A stretch of 32,000 bases of DNA from Oscillospiraceae bacterium (GTDB lineage Bacteria > Bacillota > Clostridia > Oscillospirales > Ruminococcaceae). The DNA lies in the NCBI GenBank assembly GCA_030539275.1, contig JAUNSK010000022.1, positions 21,022 through 53,021 on the forward strand, given 5' to 3'. Under the pieces are notes generated by a model. The model saw only the letters and a program-made list of their open reading frames with translations. It was not told the origin of the DNA and made no database searches. The position numbers were made by a program, and so were the translations under genes. The first letter of the stretch is position 1. Every line of letters starts with the position of its first letter. Positions 1 to 7,737 of this stretch are shown here, piece by piece.

Positions 1-690
1 GCATGCATATGCGGCGGTACAGAGAGCTGTATAACTGAGTTTGCAATGGGCGGATTCAATAATATGAAAGCTCTGTCTAGATCTGACCGTCTTGACCGTG
101 CATCAATTCCTTTTGATAAAGAGAGAAATGGTTTTGTACTTGGTGAAGGCTGCGGAATACTGGTACTTGAGGAATATGAACATGCAAAGGCAAGAGGCGC
201 ACAGATCTATGCTGAAATAGCAGGTTATGGTGCAACATGCGATGCATATCATATGACATCACCTTCTCCTGAGGGGGATGCTGCAGCAAGAGCAATGGTA
301 AATGCATATACAGAGGCAGGTCTTAAGGCTGAGGATGTTGATTATATCAATGCTCACGGAACATCAACAGGTCTTAATGACAAGTACGAGACAACAGCAA
401 TAAAGAAAGCACTTGGAGATCATGCATCTAAGGTAAAGATAAATTCAACTAAGTCCATGATAGGACATCTTCTGGGTGCTGCAGGTGCAGTTGAGGCTAT
501 AATTACTGCACTCCAGATAAAGAACAGTTATATACACAGAACACTTGGATACCAGGTTTTTGATGAAGAGTGTGACCTGGACTACTGTACACAGGCCTCA
601 ATAAAAATGCCTGTAAGGACAGCACTTTCAAATTCACTCGGATTCGGCGGACACAATGCAACAATATGTATGAAGGCAATCGACGAATAA
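1..690 (+). CDS. fabF: beta-ketoacyl-ACP synthase II, C-terminal part (5' end lies upstream of the window)
   Basis: Frame 1 is open from base 1 (ACICGGTESCITEFAMGGF...), so the M listed at 46 is internal. KAS-II motifs are present: INAHGTSTGLND, GHLLGAAG, NSLGFGGHNATI. It is followed by accB-fabZ-accC. Confidence 0.9.
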   Translation, partial: ACICGGTESCITEFAMGGFNNMKALSRSDRLDRASIPFDKERNGFVLGEGCGILVLEEYEHAKARGAQIYAEIAGYGATCDAYHMTSPSPEGDAAARAMVNAYTEAGLKAEDVDYINAHGTSTGLNDKYETTAIKKALGDHASKVKINSTKSMIGHLLGAAGAVEAIITALQIKNSYIHRTLGYQVFDEECDLDYCTQASIKMPVRTALSNSLGFGGHNATICMKAIDE

Positions 691-706
691 GTAAGGAGGC
701 AATATA

Positions 707-1174
707 ATGGCAGAGAAAATAGCATGCAATCTGACATTTAATGAAATTAAAGAGCTTATCAATATAGCATCAGAAAAAAATCTGAGCAAAATAGATATTT
801 CAGTAGGAGATACTCATCTTATACTTGAGGGCGCTTCATGTCAGACGGCAGGTCCTGTATATGCACAGGTACAGCAGCCTCAGGCAGCACAGGTTACAGA
901 GTCTCATTCAGACCACCCGGAGATCAGCACAGCCACATGCGGAAAAATGGTGAAGGCTCCTATCGTAGGAACATTCTATGCATCATCAGGACCGGACAAG
1001 GCACCTTTCGTTAAGGAAGGACAGCATATCAAAAAGGGCGATGTACTTTTTATTATAGAATCAATGAAGCTTATGAATGAGATCCAGAGTGAATTTGACG
1101 GTACAGTAAAGAAAGTAATTGTATCAAACGGAAGCCCGGTAGAATACGATCAGCCGATAATGGAAATAGAATAA
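707..1174 (+). CDS. accB: biotin carboxyl carrier protein of acetyl-CoA carboxylase
   Basis: C-terminal biotinyl-lipoyl domain with the biotinylation motif ESMKLMNEI. AGGAGG-like RBS (gtaaggagg) lies upstream. It sits between fabF and fabZ/accC. Confidence 0.9.
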   Translation: MAEKIACNLTFNEIKELINIASEKNLSKIDISVGDTHLILEGASCQTAGPVYAQVQQPQAAQVTESHSDHPEISTATCGKMVKAPIVGTFYASSGPDKAPFVKEGQHIKKGDVLFIIESMKLMNEIQSEFDGTVKKVIVSNGSPVEYDQPIMEIE

Positions 1175-1193
1175 ATACAGGAGTTGTCAGATT

Positions 1194-1625
1194 ATGAGCG
1201 TTTTAATGGACAGAGAACAGATAATGCAGATAATTCCTCACAGAGATCCGTTTCTTCTGATTGATGAAATCGTAGAAATGGAACTCGGTAAAAGAGTTGT
1301 AGCATTAAAATATATAAAAGAAGATGACTTCTGGTTTAAAGGTCACTTTCCGGAAAAACCGGTAGTACCAGGAGTTCTTATGGTAGAAATGCTTGCTCAG
1401 GCAGGTGCTGTGGCAATGCTTTCTATGGATGAATACAAGGGAAAGATCGGACTTCTTGCCGGAGTTGACAAGGCAAAATTCAGGAGAATGGTAGTTCCCG
1501 GTGATGTTTTAAGACTTGAAGTCGAAATAATAAAAGTAAAAGGCCCTATCGGTGTTGGCAAAGCAGTTGCATCGGTAGACGGTGAGAAGGCAGTTTCGTG
1601 CGAAATAACATTTGCAATCAAATGA
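1194..1625 (+). CDS. fabZ: 3-hydroxyacyl-ACP dehydratase
   Basis: FabZ hot-dog motifs LPHRDPFLLID-like (IPHRDPFLLIDEI) and GHFPEKPVVPGVLMVEMLAQ. RBS caggag. Confidence 0.92.
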   Translation: MSVLMDREQIMQIIPHRDPFLLIDEIVEMELGKRVVALKYIKEDDFWFKGHFPEKPVVPGVLMVEMLAQAGAVAMLSMDEYKGKIGLLAGVDKAKFRRMVVPGDVLRLEVEIIKVKGPIGVGKAVASVDGEKAVSCEITFAIK

Positions 1626-1668
1626 CAGATACAAAATATTTTAGTCGTTTTATTCAAGAGGAGATACA

Positions 1669-3021
1669 ATGTTTAAGAAAGTACTGATAGCTAACAGAGG
1701 TGAAATAGCAGTCAGAATTATAAGAGCATGCCGTGAGCTTGGAATAAGAACGGTTGCTGTTTATTCTACTGCAGACAGAAGTTCACTTCATGCTCAGATC
1801 GCTGATGAAGCAGTGTGTATAGGACCTGCTGATTCATCAAAGAGTTATCTGAATATGGAAGCAATTATCTCTGCATGTGAAATTACAGGAGCAGATGCGG
1901 TTCATCCCGGATTCGGATTTTTATCTGAAAATGCAAAATTTGCCCGTATATGTGAAAAATGCGGAATAACATTTATCGGTCCGTCCGCTGCATCAATTGA
2001 CATGCTTGGTGATAAGGCAATGGCTAAAAAGACTATGCAGGCTGCCGGAGTACCTGTTATTCCAGGTTCGAGCGGTGCAGTATCATCACTGAGTGATGCC
2101 AAGAAGATCGCACAGCAGATAGGTTATCCTGTTCTGGTTAAGGCATCAGCAGGCGGCGGCGGCAGAGGCATCAGAATGATAAGCAATGATGATGAACTGG
2201 AATCACAGATAAATATTGCAAGTCAGGAAGCAGAGAACTTTTTTGGTGATAAATCTGTTTATATTGAAAAGTTTATTGAAGATCCACGGCATGTTGAAAT
2301 ACAGATTGCAGCAGACAAAGCAGGAAATGTGGTTTACCTTGGTGAAAGGGACTGCAGTCTTCAGAGAAGACACCAGAAGGTACTCGAGGAGAGCCCGAGT
2401 CCTGTAATGACACAGGAGCTTCGCTGTAAAATGGGTGAAGCAGCAGTAAAAGCTGCAAAGGTAAGTAACTATTATAATGTCGGAACTATAGAGTTTCTGG
2501 TAGACAAACACCTTAACTTCTATTTTATGGAGATGAATACCCGAATTCAGGTTGAGCATCCTGTAACCGAATTTGTAACTGGTGTTGATCTTGTTAAAAC
2601 TCAGATAAGGATCGCAGCTAACGAAAACCTTGATTTTACTCAGAATGATATTAAAATAAAAGGACATGCTATTGAATGCAGAATTAATGCAGAGTGTCCT
2701 GATAAAAATTTCAGACCTTGTCCCGGAACAATAACAGAACTGTATACTCCGGGAGGTCCTGGTATCCGTGTTGACAGTGCTGCCTATCAGGGATATACTA
2801 TTACGCCTTTCTATGATTCTATGATCTCAAAGCTTATTGTGTATGGCACAACCAGAGAAGAGGCTATAATGAAGATGAAATGGGCACTGTCAGAGTTTAT
2901 TGTCTGCGGTGTTGATACAAATATAGATTTTCAGCTTGGACTTATAAAAAATAAGACATTTGAGAGCGGAAAATATGATGTTGGCTTTATCGAAAGACTG
3001 CTGGCAAAAAAAGATATTTAG
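1669..3021 (+). CDS. accC: acetyl-CoA carboxylase biotin carboxylase subunit
   Basis: KVLIANRGEIAVRIIRACRELG, ATP-grasp glycine loop GGGGRGIR, and MEMNTRIQVEHPVTE. 450 aa, a typical AccC length. Confidence 0.95.
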   Translation: MFKKVLIANRGEIAVRIIRACRELGIRTVAVYSTADRSSLHAQIADEAVCIGPADSSKSYLNMEAIISACEITGADAVHPGFGFLSENAKFARICEKCGITFIGPSAASIDMLGDKAMAKKTMQAAGVPVIPGSSGAVSSLSDAKKIAQQIGYPVLVKASAGGGGRGIRMISNDDELESQINIASQEAENFFGDKSVYIEKFIEDPRHVEIQIAADKAGNVVYLGERDCSLQRRHQKVLEESPSPVMTQELRCKMGEAAVKAAKVSNYYNVGTIEFLVDKHLNFYFMEMNTRIQVEHPVTEFVTGVDLVKTQIRIAANENLDFTQNDIKIKGHAIECRINAECPDKNFRPCPGTITELYTPGGPGIRVDSAAYQGYTITPFYDSMISKLIVYGTTREEAIMKMKWALSEFIVCGVDTNIDFQLGLIKNKTFESGKYDVGFIERLLAKKDI

Positions 3022-3088
3022 CAGCAGAGTGATATAATTAATTTATATATGGCCGCAAAAAAATGTACTGAAAGTTGAGGTGAATCCA

Positions 3089-3961
3089 GTGCTTGAAGAT
3101 TTGTTTAAAGTTGTTAAAACCAGATTTAACGGAAAAGAATCTGATGCTGCCAGTATAGCTGATTCTACCATCCCGGAAGATCTTATGTTCAAATGTCCGA
3201 GGTGCAGGCATACAATGTTTCTCGATGATTATGAGATAAACAATAAAGTTTGTACTGCCTGTAATTATCACGGAAGACTGACTGCAAGAGAGCGTATTGA
3301 GCTTACTGTTGATAAAGACACGTTTGTTGAATATGATCATTCAATGATGAGTCTTAATCCTATAGACTTTCCGGACTATGATAAAAAACAGGCTATGCTA
3401 AGAGAAAAAACCGGCATCAATGATGCAGTTGTGACAGGTGAAGCATATATAAGACGTATCAAAACAGTTATTGCTGTAATGGATTCCAACTATATGATGG
3501 CTTCCATGGGAAGCGTTGTTGGCGAGAAAATAACCAGAGCCATAGAAAAGGCTACTCAGATGAAAGTTCCTTTTATTGCGTTTACTGCATCAGGCGGTGC
3601 AAGAATGCAGGAGGGAACGGTATCTCTGATGCAGATGGCTAAAACATCGGGTGCAATTGCCAGACATAACGATGCAGGCCAGCTGTATATAACTGTACTT
3701 ACAGACCCGACTACGGGCGGTGTTACAGCATCATTTGCATCTCTGGGAGATATCATTATAGCAGAACCAAAGGTACTCATAGGTTTTGCCGGAAGACGTG
3801 TTATAGAAGGAACTATAAAGCAGAGACTGCCTGATGACTTTCAGCTTGCTGAATTTCTTCTTGAAAAGGGCTTTGTAGACATGATTGTTGAACGTAAGAA
3901 AATGCGGAGTGTTCTCTCACATCTTATGATGCTCAATAATTATCATCCGGAAGAAATATAG
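3089..3961 (+). CDS. accD: acetyl-CoA carboxylase carboxyltransferase beta subunit
   Basis: N-terminal C4 zinc ribbon CPRCRH...CTACNYH. Carboxyltransferase core GSVVGEKITRAIE, SGGARMQEG. I prefer the GTG at 3089 (MLEDLFK..., 8 nt after GAGG at 3077-3080) over the track's GTG at 3080, which lies inside the RBS. Either start is possible. Confidence 0.88.
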   Translation: MLEDLFKVVKTRFNGKESDAASIADSTIPEDLMFKCPRCRHTMFLDDYEINNKVCTACNYHGRLTARERIELTVDKDTFVEYDHSMMSLNPIDFPDYDKKQAMLREKTGINDAVVTGEAYIRRIKTVIAVMDSNYMMASMGSVVGEKITRAIEKATQMKVPFIAFTASGGARMQEGTVSLMQMAKTSGAIARHNDAGQLYITVLTDPTTGGVTASFASLGDIIIAEPKVLIGFAGRRVIEGTIKQRLPDDFQLAEFLLEKGFVDMIVERKKMRSVLSHLMMLNNYHPEEI

Positions 3962-3977
3962 CAAGGGGGGTTGATTT

Positions 3978-4817
3978 ATGGAAAACTATGTAAATAATCT
4001 TACACCCTGGCAGAGACTCGAGCTCATCAGAAATAAGGCACGTCCGACAATTAATGATTATATGCCGATGATTTTTGACGAATTTTATGAAATGCACGGT
4101 GACAGGTATTATGGTGATGATGCTGCTGTCTTAGGCGGACTTGCAATGCTTGGTGGAACTCCTGTAACTGTTATTTCTCATGTCAAGGGCAGAAATATCG
4201 ATGAAAATAAGAAATCAAATTTTGCAATGCCTCATCCTGAGGGATACAGAAAAGCATTAAGACTTGCCAAGCAGGCAGAGAAATTTCACAGACCGGTTAT
4301 CTGCTTTATAGATACTCCGGGAGCATTCTGCGGAATTGAGGCTGAAGAAAGAGGACAGGGAGAGGCAATAGCAAGAAATCTGTTCGAGTTCATGCAGCTT
4401 AAAACACCTGTAATATCTATTGTGCTTGGTGAAGGCGGAAGCGGCGGTGCGCTTGCCCTTGGTGTATGTGATGAACTTGCAATGATGTCAAATGCACTTT
4501 ATTCTGTTATCTCTCCAAGAGGATTTGCAAGTATACTCTGGAAAGATGCATCACGTGAAAAGGATGCCTGCAATATGATGAAAATAACTGCTGAAGATAT
4601 GGTAAGACTTAATATTGCAGAGCATATTATACCTGAGCCTATAGGCGGTGCACAAAACGATTTGTGTAAAACTGCTGAAAATATAAAGGAATATTTGTTG
4701 GAAGCGACAACGAGAAATTTAAAGAAAAGTATTGACGTTTTACTTAATGAACGATATACTAAGTTTAGAAAAATCGGTGAGTTTCAGGAAATTTCCCGGG
4801 ATAATGAAACAGACTGA
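3978..4817 (+). CDS. accA: acetyl-CoA carboxylase carboxyltransferase alpha subunit
   Basis: Motifs FIDTPGAFCGIEAEERGQGEAIARNL and GEGGSGGALALG. RBS aagggggg. Confidence 0.93.
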   Translation: MENYVNNLTPWQRLELIRNKARPTINDYMPMIFDEFYEMHGDRYYGDDAAVLGGLAMLGGTPVTVISHVKGRNIDENKKSNFAMPHPEGYRKALRLAKQAEKFHRPVICFIDTPGAFCGIEAEERGQGEAIARNLFEFMQLKTPVISIVLGEGGSGGALALGVCDELAMMSNALYSVISPRGFASILWKDASREKDACNMMKITAEDMVRLNIAEHIIPEPIGGAQNDLCKTAENIKEYLLEATTRNLKKSIDVLLNERYTKFRKIGEFQEISRDNETD

Positions 4818-4887
4818 TAAGTATAAAGTTTATTTTGGTGAAAGGTCGCCATTATAATATAAAATAAGTTTATGGAGGAACAGATTA

Positions 4888-5127
4888 ATGGTTTTTGAAA
4901 AAATCAAAGAGCTTATTGTAGATCAGCTAGATTTAGAGGAAGACGAAGTAACGATGGGAGCATCAATTGCTGATGACCTTCATGCTGATTCTCTGGATGT
5001 AGTGGATCTTATAATGTCAATCGAAAGTGAATTTGATCTTGAGATTCCTGATGAAGATGTTGAGGCTATAAAGACGGTTGGCGATATAGTTAATTATGTT
5101 GAAGGCAAAGTATCAGCCGCTGAATAG
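4888..5127 (+). CDS. acpP: acyl carrier protein
   Basis: 79 aa, acidic, with the phosphopantetheine attachment motif [16 protein letters not shown] (DSLD). RBS tatggagga. Confidence 0.88.
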   Translation: MVFEKIKELIVDQLDLEEDEVTMGASIADDLHADSLDVVDLIMSIESEFDLEIPDEDVEAIKTVGDIVNYVEGKVSAAE

Positions 5128-5138
5128 CATTTAAAATT

Positions 5139-5180
5139 TGTCACCTGTTAGTCTGATTGCTGATAGGTGACAGTATTTTA
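5139..5180 (+). terminator. putative intrinsic terminator after acpP
   Basis: 8-bp stem tgtcacct (5139-5146) / aggtgaca (5165-5172) with an 18-nt loop, followed by gtatttta. The large loop makes it only moderate. Confidence 0.5.
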
Positions 5181-5240
5181 TCATTTACCGGACCTTATTT
5201 ATTATATACTACAGATTCAGAGTCCGGTCCAGAGATTACA

Positions 5241-5268
5241 TTGCATAGTAATAATATATATATATAAC
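5241..5268 (+). promoter_or_regulatory. possible sigma-A promoter for the 53-aa sORF
   Basis: TTGCAT (5241-5246), 16-nt spacer, TATAAC (5263-5268), about 30 nt upstream of the sORF start. Confidence 0.35.
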
Positions 5269-5299
5269 AGGCTGAGGATGAAAAGGAAAGGAAGTAACA

Positions 5300-5461
5300 A
5301 TGAAAAAAGTAGAAGAAAAAGCTCTCGTATTCAGTACATTTACATCTGTTTTATTATCATTTACTTTGATAATAGGTGTTGTTTCATTTATATCCTTTAA
5401 GACAAAGAAAAAACGTGATTACTGTGAGAAATGGAAAGACTATGATGAATGCGGAGTATGA
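5300..5461 (+). CDS. small single-pass membrane protein (53 aa), not in the ORF track
   Basis: ATG at 5300 lies 5 nt after the purine-rich RBS AAGGAAAGGAAG (5283-5294). My translation is MKKVEEKALVFSTFTSVLLSFTLIIGVVSFISFKTKKKRDYCEKWKDYDECGV. It has one hydrophobic helix and a charged Cys-containing tail. A strong terminator follows 30 nt downstream. Confidence 0.45.
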   Translation: MKKVEEKALVFSTFTSVLLSFTLIIGVVSFISFKTKKKRDYCEKWKDYDECGV

Positions 5462-5490
5462 TAAATAAATAATTCAATGATATTAAAATA

Positions 5491-5531
5491 GCGTCAGGTA
5501 TCACAGAAAGATACCTGACGCTGTTGTTTTT
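5491..5531 (+). terminator. intrinsic terminator
   Basis: 12-bp stem gcgtcaggtatc / gatacctgacgc, 6-nt loop, then tgttgttttt. Confidence 0.8.
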
Positions 5532-5709
5532 AATAATAATACGGCTTTATTATGTGACCAGAGATAAACGTGGCTTAAACACAATACAAAATAAATAATG
5601 CTTTATACTTCTTAAGATAAGACCACAGGACAATAGCCATCTCACAAAATAATATATAATATCTTAGGATGCAGTGTTTAGATGCGGTACTGTGTTATAA
5701 CAAATACAT

Positions 5710-5752
5710 AAAACGGGCAGCAAATCTCGATAAAAAGATTTGCTGCCCGTGT
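5710..5752 (-). terminator. intrinsic terminator of the yabP-yabR transcription unit
   Basis: 13-bp stem cgggcagcaaatc (5714-5726) / gatttgctgcccg (5737-5749). On the minus strand it is followed by TTTTATGTATTT. It lies 85 nt downstream of the yabR-like stop. Confidence 0.65.
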
Positions 5753-5833
5753 ATTTCGGCATTTTTCAAATGACCAGAAAGGTCAATTATTATCAGATAA
5801 TATCAGCATCATAACTTTGCATGAATAAAAAAA

Positions 5834-6316
5834 TTATTTTCCGCGTCTGCTGGTATTTCTGCGCTTACTGTCTATATTTCGCTTAAGATCACACATTTTC
5901 TCTTCACTGTTTTGCTTAAATCTGGACAGCATATCCTCAAATGTGAGTTCCTGTGCAGGCTGTTTGCTGTTAAAAGAACGCTGATTGTTGTTTGTCTGGC
6001 GTGAAGAAGTTTGAGCACCTGAACCGGAATTTCTCTGATTATTATTCCATTGCGGTCTCGGTTTTGCGGGAGCTTCCACGGCTTTTTTTATGGACAGACT
6101 TGTCTTACCCTGTTCGTCAATATTTAGAACCTTAACCTTTACCTCCTGTCCTTCAGTAAGGTGTTCCCTGATATCATTGACATAGGTATTGGATATTTCT
6201 GAAATATGAACCATTCCTACCTGTACTTTATCCTCAACAGATATTTCTACAAATGCTCCATAGTTTGTGATATTGCGAACTTTTCCGTCATATATTTTTC
6301 CAATTTCAAGCAGCAT
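5834..6316 (-). CDS. yabR: S1 RNA-binding domain protein (YabR-like)
   Basis: N-terminal S1 fold GKIYDGKVRNITNYGAFVEI...VHISEIS and a basic low-complexity tail. RBS AGGAGGA. Its position after divIC matches B. subtilis yabP-yabQ-divIC-yabR. Confidence 0.82.
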   Translation of the reverse strand: MLLEIGKIYDGKVRNITNYGAFVEISVEDKVQVGMVHISEISNTYVNDIREHLTEGQEVKVKVLNIDEQGKTSLSIKKAVEAPAKPRPQWNNNQRNSGSGAQTSSRQTNNNQRSFNSKQPAQELTFEDMLSRFKQNSEEKMCDLKRNIDSKRRNTSRRGK

Positions 6317-6342
6317 AAAGAAAATAATATCCTCCTAAGTTA

Positions 6343-6648
6343 TTAGTTTCTGGATGTATCATAAAATCTGATTTCATTAGGATAAGCATAGTTCATATTT
6401 TCAATAGCCAGCTTTTCTTTATAGTCATCTATGTCACCGTCATCAAATAGTCTCTGGACCTCTTCGTTTTCATCTTTTACGGCAGCTGTTTGCTGTTTAA
6501 GAAAATCCAGCTCTTTCCTTTTCTCAGAAAGAGAAGCCTGAGTTGATATTATTGATACAAAACATGCTATGACAGATATGAAAATTACTACGTTGCCGAA
6601 AATCCTCAGAGGATTTTTAGCGGTTTTGTTTTTACCCAACGTTCTCAC
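6343..6648 (-). CDS. divIC: septum formation initiator family protein (DivIC/FtsB-like)
   Basis: 101 aa. N-terminal TM helix (IFGNVVIFISVIACFVSII) followed by a coiled-coil segment (LSEKRKELDFLKQQTAAVKDENEEVQRL). GTG start. Synteny is consistent. Confidence 0.7.
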   Translation of the reverse strand: MRTLGKNKTAKNPLRIFGNVVIFISVIACFVSIISTQASLSEKRKELDFLKQQTAAVKDENEEVQRLFDDGDIDDYKEKLAIENMNYAYPNEIRFYDTSRN

Positions 6649-6712
6649 ATTCCTTTATGATAATCATATTACAATAATTATACTACAAAGACAGGTGTCA
6701 ATCAAGGGCTTT

Positions 6713-7156
6713 TCAATATTTTTTTACCTTGGCTGGACCTTTTTTTAGTCTCAAAGTAAATGATTTTACAAAAAAGTTTGTTATATGAGATATAATTTTT
6801 GTGAATGCTTTAAAAATTTTTCTTACAAAAGAAGAAATTTTTAAAAAAATGCCTGTTACAATATTTCCGATAGTGTAGTGATATAAAATAAATCCAAGTA
6901 TGTTACCGACAATATAATAGATCCTGAAGTCAGCACGTGCGGCACTTATCGTAAATGCCATAATAAATACACTGTATAAAATAAAAAAAATAATATCCTC
7001 AATTATAACAAGTAGATTATTATGTGGTACAGTGATCCGGCATATCCGGAATATATCATAAACCATGCCAATAGGAACTCCGAGAAGACAGCTTAATAAA
7101 AATAGTTTTAGCTGCTGGCTGGTTGTGAAAAAAGTTTCAAGATCCAGTGCTATCAC
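6713..7156 (-). CDS. yabQ: spore cortex biosynthesis protein YabQ-like membrane protein
   Basis: 147 aa, polytopic and hydrophobic. It lies immediately downstream of yabP (6-nt gap). GTG start. The call rests on synteny plus topology. Confidence 0.65.
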   Translation of the reverse strand: MIALDLETFFTTSQQLKLFLLSCLLGVPIGMVYDIFRICRITVPHNNLLVIIEDIIFFILYSVFIMAFTISAARADFRIYYIVGNILGFILYHYTIGNIVTGIFLKISSFVRKIFKAFTKIISHITNFFVKSFTLRLKKGPAKVKKY

Positions 7157-7162
7157 TCCCTG

Positions 7163-7444
7163 CTATCTGAATAACTTTCCAAGGAAGGATATCGGACCTT
7201 TACGGTCTTTATCACCGTAATTCAGTGCCCAGATATCGCCCTCAATATTCATTTCTCCTGTCTCTACACTGACTGAGTTTACATGCAGGTCACGGCCTGT
7301 AACAGTAAGCTCCCCCATCTGAGTATAGAGAAGGATCGTTTTCTCATCAAAATTGTCGACATCAGTTACGCCGGAGATAAAAAGGGATTTCCTGTTTTCC
7401 ATTATCAGATTATGTATTGCCTTTGAGTTTTTTTCGTCATTCAT
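7163..7444 (-). CDS. yabP: sporulation protein YabP
   Basis: 93 aa. YabP-like pattern: LIMENRKSLFISGVTDVDNFDEKTILLYTQMGELTVTGRDLHV. RBS aaaggagag. Confidence 0.78.
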   Translation of the reverse strand: MNDEKNSKAIHNLIMENRKSLFISGVTDVDNFDEKTILLYTQMGELTVTGRDLHVNSVSVETGEMNIEGDIWALNYGDKDRKGPISFLGKLFR

Positions 7445-7516
7445 ATTTATACTCTCCTTTTTAAATAATAATTAATAATATGCAGATAAATAAATAATTA
7501 TTACAGTCAGATAAGC

Positions 7517-7572
7517 CCCGTGAGTATCTTTTGATTACTTATAGTAATATTAAGTGAGATGCACCCGTGAGT
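7517..7572. repeat. two direct copies of CCCGTGAGT, 47 nt apart, in the divergent intergenic region
   Basis: cccgtgagt occurs at 7517-7525 and 7564-7572. A third partial copy, gtgag, is at 7554-7558. Confidence 0.3.
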
Positions 7573-7660
7573 TTACTAAGATCACAGCTTTTCTCCTGAT
7601 TATAACAAAATAAATCAGATAGTTATATATATAAAGCTATATAAAAATGAACAAAATCTA

Positions 7661-7689
7661 TTGATTGTAAATGATTACACTGGTACAAT
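7661..7689 (+). promoter_or_regulatory. sigma-A type promoter with extended -10 for the esterase gene
   Basis: TTGATT (7661-7666), 17-nt spacer, TGgTACAAT (7681-7689). The RBS AAGGGAGG and ATG 7738 follow. Confidence 0.55.
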
Positions 7690-7737
7690 GTAGTAAAAAG
7701 AAGCTATTAAAAACAATATTTTAAGGGAGGTATATCT

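Noticed and set aside
2203-2667. Long antisense ORFs inside accC (2203-2667), metG (22950-23390), the ABC ATPase (25400-25828 and 25528-25815), infB (several between 14894 and 17548) and the GH94 gene
   Set aside because: These are shadow ORFs opposite strongly supported genes. They have hydrophobic or low-complexity translations, no RBS and no independent signals.
3038-3340. 100-aa minus-strand ORF overlapping the accC-accD junction
   Set aside because: It is antisense to the well-supported accD N-terminus, including the zinc ribbon. It has no RBS, and its composition is typical of a shadow frame.
5167-5400. 77-aa ORF from the track (MTVFYHLPDLIYYILQ...)
   Set aside because: It starts inside the acpP terminator hairpin and has no RBS. 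It has an implausible I/Y/R-rich composition. It also overlaps, in another frame, the better-supported 53-aa sORF (5300-5461), which has an RBS and a terminator.
5669-5773. 34-codon Cys-rich ORF (MQCLDAVLCYNKYIKRAANLDKKICCPCISAFFK)
   Set aside because: It has no spacing between a weak AGG and the ATG. It is encoded straight through the 5714-5749 terminator hairpin of the opposite-strand operon, and the Cys codons derive from the GC-rich stem.
7445-7737. SigE/SigK-type forespore or mother-cell promoter for yabP, or SigI-type cellulosomal promoter for the esterase
   Set aside because: The best candidate on the minus strand is AATATT, a 17-nt spacer and GATACTCA. It has the wrong spacing and a weak -10 for SigE. 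No CGWA-type -10 lies downstream of the C-rich motifs, as a SigI-like promoter would need.
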